Shown here in pieces: positions 57,353 to 64,000 of a DNA stretch of 64,000 nt; position 1 is the first letter of the stretch, and the number at the start of each line of letters is the position of its first letter. The notes under the pieces are model-generated. The model was not told the origin of the DNA, did not search any database, and was given only the letters and a program-made list of their open reading frames with translations. The position numbers were made by a program, and so were the translations under genes. The stretch covers positions 1,600,001 to 1,664,000 of the forward strand of contig OZ220732.1 of the NCBI GenBank assembly GCA_965116905.1. The letters run 5' to 3'. This DNA comes from Longimicrobiales bacterium (GTDB lineage Bacteria > Gemmatimonadota > Gemmatimonadetes > Longimicrobiales > Gaopeijiaceae).

Positions 57353-58195
57353 ATGTCCGGTTTCGCCGAGGTGAGCTTCAAGGGCACGCGCCGGGGCTAT
57401 TTCCGGTTCGACGCGCTCGACCTGTCACCGGGCGACCGCGTGATCGTGCAGTCGGACCGCGGCGAGGACCTGGGGCGGGTCACGGCGCTGGGAAGCATCG
57501 CCGAGCGCAAGTGCTCCTCGTCGGGTGGCTGCGCGACGCCGACGCCCTCGCTGCGCGTGATCCGGCGCGCGGGTGCCGAAGAGGTGAACCGCGCGCGTCA
57601 CAAGGCCGAGGACGAACGGCGCGCCCGCACCGAGACGCGGGAGCACGTCGCGCGCCACGGCCTCAAGATGAAGGTCACCGAGACCGAGTGGCAGTTCGAC
57701 CGCAAGAAGCTGATCATCTATTTCACCGCCGAGAAGCGGGTGGATTTCCGTGCCCTGGTGCGCGACCTGGCACGGGCGTTCCGCACCCGTATCGAACTCA
57801 GGCAGATCGGCGTCCGTGACGAAGCCGCGCTGCTGGGCGGGGTGGGGCGGTGCGGACGCGAGCTGTGCTGCTCGACGTGGCTCCCCGAACTGAGGCCCGT
57901 GAGCCTGCAGCTGGCCAAGGACCAGAGCCTGTCGCTCAATCCGGCCCAGATTTCGGGGTGTTGCGGCCGGCTCATGTGCTGTCTGATGTACGAACACCAG
58001 AGCTACGTGGAGGCCCGCCGCCGGTTCCCCCGCGAGGGCCGGAAGATCCGCACGGGACTGGGCTACGAGCGCGTGACCAGCGTGAACATCTTCACCGAAA
58101 CGATCACGCTCCGGAGCGACGACGGTCAGCAGCGGGTCGTGACCGTCGCCGAGCTGAAGGAAGAGATGGCGACCGGGCAGGGGAGACGGAAGTGA
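57353..58195 (+). CDS. ricT: PSP1/YaaT (RicT) family protein
   Basis: RVDFRALVRDLA, RQIGVRDEA, CGRELCC, ISGCCGRLMCCLMYE. Confidence 0.9.
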   Translation: MSGFAEVSFKGTRRGYFRFDALDLSPGDRVIVQSDRGEDLGRVTALGSIAERKCSSSGGCATPTPSLRVIRRAGAEEVNRARHKAEDERRARTETREHVARHGLKMKVTETEWQFDRKKLIIYFTAEKRVDFRALVRDLARAFRTRIELRQIGVRDEAALLGGVGRCGRELCCSTWLPELRPVSLQLAKDQSLSLNPAQISGCCGRLMCCLMYEHQSYVEARRRFPREGRKIRTGLGYERVTSVNIFTETITLRSDDGQQRVVTVAELKEEMATGQGRRK

Positions 58196-61100
58196 TGAGC
58201 CCCATGGCTTCGAGGTCCATGGCCCTCTCGCTCGCGCTGTGCGCGTCGGCCATGGCGTGCAGCGACTCGGCGGTGACGGCGGACCCAGCGGAAGCACTGG
58301 CGGCCGTCGCCGAAGACGTCTGGCAGCGGCAGCTGGAGGTGGATCTTCGGGCGCGCGCGCGGGAGGGCCTGCCCCTGGACCGGCTGCCGATCCCCACGCT
58401 CGAGCGCGCCCAGGCCGACGCCGACTTCAGCCGCGAGGTCCTCGACCGCCTCGACGCGATCGACTCCGACGCTCTCGAGGCCGACGACCTGATCACCTGG
58501 GAGCTTCTGCGCCGCCGTGCGGAGATGACGATCGAGGGCCTCGATCACTACTGGGTCATCACCAACGTCCTCACACCGTATTCATCGCCGATCGGGGCCA
58601 TGCGCCAGCTCTTCGGCATGGTGCCGGTGGCCGATGACGCGGGCCGCGACATCTACCTCACGCTCCTCGCCCAGGTCCCCGACGCGGTCGCGTTCGTCGA
58701 GTCCCATTCACGCGGCCAGATGGAACGGGGCATCACCGTGCCCGAGCCCAACATGGACGCCGTGGTGGGGATTGTTCGTGCGAGTATCGCCCCGTTTTCG
58801 ACCGGTCCCTTCGCGGTGGCGGAAGCGCGCCTCGGGGCTCAGGGCGGGGATCCGGACGCGGGTGACGCCACGGCGGCGTTCGTCGCCGAGGCCGAACGCA
58901 TCGTCGCGGACGAGATCAACCCCGCGCTGGAGCGCCTCGCCGCCTTCCTCGATGGCGAATACCGCGAGGCCGCCGCGCCCGAGGTCGGGTTGTCGCGCCA
59001 GCCCGGGGGTGAAGCGGCGTACCGCTACCTCGTGCGCTCCCACACCACGATGGACATCACCCCGGAGGAGATCCACGAGATCGGCCTGCAGAACGTGGCC
59101 GAGGTCGAGGAACAGATGCTCGCCGTCCAGGCCCGCATCGGCTTCGAGGGCTCGATCGACGACTTCCGGCGCCACATCCCCACCAACCCGGACTACTTCC
59201 CCAGGTCGGTGGAAGAGGTGCGGGAACGCTTCGATTCGCCTTCGCGGCGCTTCTTCGAGCGCGCGGACGAGTTCTTTCTCACCAAGCCCGACGCGCCCTT
59301 CGGCGCCCGGCGCCTCGATCCGGCCCTGGAGGGCTCCCAGACCTTCGGGTACTACAACCCGCCCACACCGAACGACCCGGTCGGCTACTACAACTTCAAC
59401 GGCTCCGACCTCGACCAGCGCAGCTGGCTCACCTACGCGGGGATTTCGCTTCACGAGCTCTTCCCCGGCCACCACTTCCACATCACGCGCCAATACGCCA
59501 ACGACGCCCTCACGGCGGTGCGGCGCAACGGCATGCACACGGCGTACACGGAGGGGTGGGGCATGTACTCGACCTTCCTGGGCATCGACTCGGGCTTCCT
59601 CGCCGACGATCCCCTGAGCGAGTACGGCGCCTACATGATGGAGATCTTCGTCGCCACCCGGCTCGTCGTCGACACGGGAATGAACCTGCTCGGCTGGACG
59701 CTGGAAGAGGGCCGCCAGTACATGCGCGACCACATCTTCGACTCCGAGACCCAGATCGCGTCCGAGTCCCTGCGCTATTCGACCGACATGTGGGGACAGG
59801 CGCTTGGCTACCAGATGGGGAAGCGCGCCATTCTTGGGCTGCGGCGCAAGGCGGAAGCGGAGCTGGGTGACGACTTCGACCTGCGCCGCTTCCACGAGGC
59901 CGTGCTGGAGCCGGGATCGGTCCCGATCACCGTCCTGGAAAGCCACATCGACCGCTTCATCGAGGCGGAGCAGCGCGCGGCCGGCGCCCGGTCCGGGGCC
60001 GACGTGGCCGGCGCCCGGTCCGTGGCCGGCGCCCAGTCCGGGGCCGACGTGGCCAGCGCGTACCGCCGCGCCCACGAGGCGGAGATCGTGCGCGACTTTG
60101 CCGAGATGCTGACCTACCCCAACCGCGCCCAGGACATCGAGGACGTCACGCGCGCCGGGCTCTACATCCGCGACCGCCTGCGCGAAGCGGGCGCCGAATC
60201 GGAGCTGTTGACCCTGGACGGCGTGGCGCCGCTTGTCTACGGCAGGCTGGCGGTGCCGGGCGCGACGCGTACGCTGGGCATCTACGCGCACTACGACGGC
60301 CAGCCGGTCGACCCCGCCAACTGGACCCACCCGCCCTTCGAGCCCACCCTCTATTCGGCCTCGATGGAGGCGGACGGCGAACCGATCCCGTTCCCGGAGC
60401 CTGGCGAGGCGGTCGACCCGGAGTGGCGCATCTACGCGCGTTCGGCCGGCGACGACAAGGCTCCCATCGCGGCGGTTCTCGAAGTCATGAAGGCTTTCCG
60501 CGATGCCGGCGTGACGCCCACCTCGAACCTGGTCTTCTTCTTCGACGGCGAAGAGGAGGCGGGTTCGCGGAACCTGGGCCGCTACATGGAAATGCGGCAC
60601 GACGTGCTCGACGAGATCGACATCTGGCTCTTCTTCGACGGGCCGGCCCACCAGAGCGGGCGCCCCCAGCTGACCTTCGGCGTGCGCGGCGCCATGGGCA
60701 TGGAGGTCACGGTCTACGGGGCCACGCGCAACCTGCATTCGGGCCACTACGGGAACTGGACGCCCGACACCGGGAACATCCTGGCGCACCTGCTGGCGTC
60801 GATGAAGGACGAAGACGGCCACGTGCTCGTCGAGGGCTGGTACGACACCGCCGACCCTATCGGCGACGAGGAACGGGCCGCGCTCGCGTCGATTCCCGAC
60901 GTGGACCCGCTCCTCCGCGAGCAGATGGGACTCGCGTGGACCGAGGGGCAGCCGGAGACGATCGCCGAGCGGCTGCTGCTGCCCGCGCTGAACATTCGCG
61001 GCATGACGAGCGGGAACACCGGCGCGCTGGCCCGGAACGTCATTCCGAACACGGCGGTGGCGGCGCTGGGCATCCGCCTGGTGAAGGGCAACGACCCCGA

Positions 61101-61521
61101 CCACCTGCGCCGGCTGATCGTGGATCACATCGAGGGGCAGGGATTCCACGTGGTGTCCGAGGATCCCGACATGGAGACGAGGCTGCGCTACCCGAGGATC
61201 GCCAAGGTGACGGGGGGCGGCGGCTATCCGGCGGCGCGCACCAGCATGGCCGATCCCTTCGTGAAGCAGGTCATCGGGGCGGCGACGCGGGCCGCCGACC
61301 GGGCGTTCGGGCCGGAAGCGCTCGTGCTCGCGCCGGGAATGGGGGGCACGCTGCCGCTCTACCTCTTCACCGATGTCGCGGGGAAGCCGGCGATCGTGGT
61401 CCCGGTGGCCAATCACGACAACAACCAGCACGCCCCCGACGAGAACCTGCGCATTGCGAACCTGTGGTACGCGATCGACCTCTACGCGGCGCTGCTCACC
61501 ATGCCGGGGGGCGTGTCGTGA
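58195..61521 (+). CDS. Lipoprotein fusing DUF885 to an M20/M25/M40 metallopeptidase
   Basis: Lipobox AMAC; HELFPGHH, YTEGW, RLVVDTG, GQALGY; then HYDGQP, DDK, EEE, NQHAPDEN. Confidence 0.85.
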   Translation: MSPMASRSMALSLALCASAMACSDSAVTADPAEALAAVAEDVWQRQLEVDLRARAREGLPLDRLPIPTLERAQADADFSREVLDRLDAIDSDALEADDLITWELLRRRAEMTIEGLDHYWVITNVLTPYSSPIGAMRQLFGMVPVADDAGRDIYLTLLAQVPDAVAFVESHSRGQMERGITVPEPNMDAVVGIVRASIAPFSTGPFAVAEARLGAQGGDPDAGDATAAFVAEAERIVADEINPALERLAAFLDGEYREAAAPEVGLSRQPGGEAAYRYLVRSHTTMDITPEEIHEIGLQNVAEVEEQMLAVQARIGFEGSIDDFRRHIPTNPDYFPRSVEEVRERFDSPSRRFFERADEFFLTKPDAPFGARRLDPALEGSQTFGYYNPPTPNDPVGYYNFNGSDLDQRSWLTYAGISLHELFPGHHFHITRQYANDALTAVRRNGMHTAYTEGWGMYSTFLGIDSGFLADDPLSEYGAYMMEIFVATRLVVDTGMNLLGWTLEEGRQYMRDHIFDSETQIASESLRYSTDMWGQALGYQMGKRAILGLRRKAEAELGDDFDLRRFHEAVLEPGSVPITVLESHIDRFIEAEQRAAGARSGADVAGARSVAGAQSGADVASAYRRAHEAEIVRDFAEMLTYPNRAQDIEDVTRAGLYIRDRLREAGAESELLTLDGVAPLVYGRLAVPGATRTLGIYAHYDGQPVDPANWTHPPFEPTLYSASMEADGEPIPFPEPGEAVDPEWRIYARSAGDDKAPIAAVLEVMKAFRDAGVTPTSNLVFFFDGEEEAGSRNLGRYMEMRHDVLDEIDIWLFFDGPAHQSGRPQLTFGVRGAMGMEVTVYGATRNLHSGHYGNWTPDTGNILAHLLASMKDEDGHVLVEGWYDTADPIGDEERAALASIPDVDPLLREQMGLAWTEGQPETIAERLLLPALNIRGMTSGNTGALARNVIPNTAVAALGIRLVKGNDPDHLRRLIVDHIEGQGFHVVSEDPDMETRLRYPRIAKVTGGGGYPAARTSMADPFVKQVIGAATRAADRAFGPEALVLAPGMGGTLPLYLFTDVAGKPAIVVPVANHDNNQHAPDENLRIANLWYAIDLYAALLTMPGGVS

Positions 61522-62669
61522 CGGCAGGGGAGGCGGTGGCGGGGGGGAACGGCGCCCCGCACGTCGAGTTCGGGGGAGTCAGCAAGAGCTACGACGGCAC
61601 CACCCTGGTCGTGAAGGACTTCAACCTCGAGGTGGCGAAGGGCGAGTTCGTCACCCTGCTGGGTCCCTCGGGATCGGGCAAGACCACGATCCTGATGATG
61701 TTGGCGGGCTTTCAGTCGGCTACGTCCGGACACATTCGGATCGAGGGCGAGTCGGTCGAGGATCTGCCTCCGCGAAGCCGCGGCATCGGGATGGTCTTTC
61801 AGAACTACGCCCTCTTTCCCCACATGACCGTCGGACAGAACCTCTCCTTCCCCCTCGAGGTCCGTGGGATGAGCGGCGAGGAGCGGCGGGAGCGGGTGGA
61901 ACGCGCGCTGGAGCTGGTTCGCCTGGAAGGGATGGAGAACCGTCGCCCGGGCCAGCTCTCCGGCGGGCAGCAACAACGCGTCGCGATCGCGCGCGCACTG
62001 GTCTTCGAGCCCAGTCTTGTCCTCATGGATGAGCCCCTCGGCGCGCTGGACCGGAGCCTGCGCGAGGAGATGCAATACGAAATCCGCCGCATCCACCGCG
62101 AGCTGGCGGTCACGGTCGTGTACGTGACCCACGACCAGCAGGAGGCGATGGTCATGTCCGACCGGATCGCCGTGCTCAAGGACGGGCAAGTCGAGCAGAT
62201 CGCCCCGCCGGAGGTGCTCTATGAAGAGCCCGAGCGCGCGTTCGTGGCGCGGTTCATCGGCGAAAACAACCGGCTGCACGGACGCGTTGCCACGGTCGAG
62301 GGGGAGTTCTGCGATGTCGAGGCGGGCCGCTCACGAATCCGGGCGCTCAGGGTTGTGGACTGCAGCCCGGGTGACCGGGTGACCCTGTCGATCCGTCCGG
62401 AACGCGTTTCGGTCAATCCCGAGCCGGGCGTGTTCGGTAACCAGGTGGGTGCCACGGTGCGCGACCTGGCGTTCCTGGGCGATCACCTGCGGGTGCACAT
62501 GGAGGCCTGCGGCCGCAAGGACTTCATCGCGAAGATCCCCAACGTCGTGGGACACGGCGGGATTCTGGTGGGCGACACGGTCCGCGTCGGCTGGACGGTC
62601 ACCGACTGCCGGGTCCTCGACTACGAAACCAAGTCGGAACGAAAGGAAGAAGATGACGAAACCACCTGA
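61518..62669 (+). CDS. potA: Polyamine ABC transporter ATP-binding subunit
   Basis: GPSGSGKTT, VFQNYALFPHMTV, LSGGQQQR, TOBE-like tail. Confidence 0.88.
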   Translation: MTAGEAVAGGNGAPHVEFGGVSKSYDGTTLVVKDFNLEVAKGEFVTLLGPSGSGKTTILMMLAGFQSATSGHIRIEGESVEDLPPRSRGIGMVFQNYALFPHMTVGQNLSFPLEVRGMSGEERRERVERALELVRLEGMENRRPGQLSGGQQQRVAIARALVFEPSLVLMDEPLGALDRSLREEMQYEIRRIHRELAVTVVYVTHDQQEAMVMSDRIAVLKDGQVEQIAPPEVLYEEPERAFVARFIGENNRLHGRVATVEGEFCDVEAGRSRIRALRVVDCSPGDRVTLSIRPERVSVNPEPGVFGNQVGATVRDLAFLGDHLRVHMEACGRKDFIAKIPNVVGHGGILVGDTVRVGWTVTDCRVLDYETKSERKEEDDETT

Positions 62670-63783
62670 GCGCCGGTTGCGCCCCCGCACGAAGACCTGC
62701 GGCGGCCTCCCGGGGTTGGCGGCGCTTCTGGCCATTGCGTGCGCCGGCACATTGCACGAAGCGCATGCGCAGTCGCTCACGACCGTTTCCTGGGGAGGCT
62801 CCTACGGTCGGGCGGTGAACGAAGGCATCAACATCCCCTTCACGGCCGAGACCGGGATCCGGATCAACGTGGAGGACTACAACGGCGGGCTCGCGCAGAT
62901 TCGCGCCCAGGTGGACGTAGGCAACATTCACTGGGACGTCGTGGACCTCGAGATCGCGGACGCGGTGCGCGGATGCGACGAAGGGCTCCTGGAGCTGATC
63001 GACGTCGCCTCGATGCCTCCGGGAGCGGATGGAACGCCGGCCGAGGACGATTTCGCTCCGGACTCCCGGACCGAATGCGGAGTGGGGGCGGTCTACTGGT
63101 CTACGGTCTACGCCTACAACTCGGAGAACATCGCCGGGGAGAAGCCCGCGACGATGGCGGACTTCTTCGACCTCGACAGGTTCCCCGGCCGGCGGGGCAT
63201 GCGGCGGGTCCCCCAGGTCAACCTGGAATTCGCGCTGATCGCCGATGGTGTCCCGCTGGACGAGGTGTACGCGGTGCTCGACACGCCGGAAGGTCTGAAT
63301 CGCGCCTTCCGCAAGCTGGACACGATCAAGGATCAGGTGATCTGGTGGGAGGCCGGAGCCCAGCCGCCGCAGATGCTTGCGGACGGAGAGGTCGCGATGA
63401 GCACGGCCTACAACGGCCGCATCTTCAACGCGCAGGTGCTCGAGAATCAGCCGTTCGTGATCGTCTGGGACGGCCAGCTGCTCGACGTCGGGCAGATCGG
63501 AATCGTGGCGGGCACGCCGAGGCTGGAAGCGGCGCTCCGGTACGTCGCCTTCGCCAGCCGCGCCGAGCAGCAGGCCGCGGTCGGACGGCGCATCTCATAC
63601 TCCCCGACGCGCCGTTCGGGAGCGCCCCTTGTCACCACCCACGTGGAGACGGGCGTGGAGATGGCCCCGCACCTGCCCGCGAGTCCCGGCAACGTGGATC
63701 GCGCGTTGCGCTACGACTGGCAGTGGTGGGTCGACAACCAGGACGAGTTGAACGAGCGCTTCAGCGCCTGGCTGGCCCGCTAG
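62653..63783 (+). CDS. ABC substrate-binding protein, polyamine/PotD-like
   Basis: SWGGSY, WDVVD, LEFALIADG, YNGR. Confidence 0.85.
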   Translation: MTKPPERRLRPRTKTCGGLPGLAALLAIACAGTLHEAHAQSLTTVSWGGSYGRAVNEGINIPFTAETGIRINVEDYNGGLAQIRAQVDVGNIHWDVVDLEIADAVRGCDEGLLELIDVASMPPGADGTPAEDDFAPDSRTECGVGAVYWSTVYAYNSENIAGEKPATMADFFDLDRFPGRRGMRRVPQVNLEFALIADGVPLDEVYAVLDTPEGLNRAFRKLDTIKDQVIWWEAGAQPPQMLADGEVAMSTAYNGRIFNAQVLENQPFVIVWDGQLLDVGQIGIVAGTPRLEAALRYVAFASRAEQQAAVGRRISYSPTRRSGAPLVTTHVETGVEMAPHLPASPGNVDRALRYDWQWWVDNQDELNERFSAWLAR

Positions 63784-63787
63784 ACCG

Positions 63788-64000
63788 ATGGGCCGCGAGC
63801 GTCTGCGGGCCGTGCTCCTGGTGGTGCCGCTGCTGCTCTTCATCGGCGTCACCTTCCTCGCGCCCCTGGGGATGATGCTGCTCCGCAGCGTGCACGATCC
63901 CGTGGTGGCGGACGCCCTTCCCGAAACGCTGGAAGTGCTTCGTGAGTGGGAGGGCGAGGGAGTTCCCGCCGAGGCCGCCTACGAGGCCATCGCCCGCGAG
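63788..64000 (+). CDS. ABC permease (PotB-like), partial at the window edge
   Basis: MGRERLRAVLLVVPLLLFIGVTFLAPLGMMLLRSV; operon position. Confidence 0.75.
   Translation, partial: MGRERLRAVLLVVPLLLFIGVTFLAPLGMMLLRSVHDPVVADALPETLEVLREWEGEGVPAEAAYEAIARE

Noticed and set aside
58708..61431. 907-aa antisense ORF, and similar ones (2252-3439, 15971-17404, 25665-27458, 31083-33008)
   Set aside because: Shadow frames of high-GC genes with no recognisable motifs

Overview
High-GC bacterial chromosomal window. The 6-bladed beta-propellers, DUF885, DUF1080, the zinc-ribbon hypothetical and a spondin/cadherin autotransporter suggest Gemmatimonadota, possibly animal- or sponge-associated; this is inference only. 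Bases 1-48 kb form an accessory hot spot. It holds a 1918-aa sacsin-type GHKL ATPase/DUF3883 nuclease, four intact type II toxin-antitoxin pairs, several orphan antitoxins and gene stubs, four class II Fic proteins, two AAA_14-DUF4143 ATPases, Uma2, a YhcG fragment, and interspersed secreted or Tat enzymes. Bases 48-64 kb are more core-like (DUF1080, Gfo/Idh/MocA, cyclophilin, amidohydrolase, accA, ricT, a DUF885-M20 fusion, a polyamine ABC transporter). The strongest unexplained structure is non-coding. (i) A 66-bp four-box element with fixed 4/4/14-bp spacers occurs three times and brackets one Fic gene as a direct repeat. (ii) 22-23-bp-phased iteron-like arrays precede both AAA-DUF4143 genes and bracket one of them. 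(iii) An unannotated Cys-rich leader peptide with protector/antiterminator/terminator geometry lies upstream of an ATP-grasp ligase. No rRNA, tRNA, CRISPR array, transposase or integrase was recognised. All family calls come from motif recognition by eye; no database searches were run.
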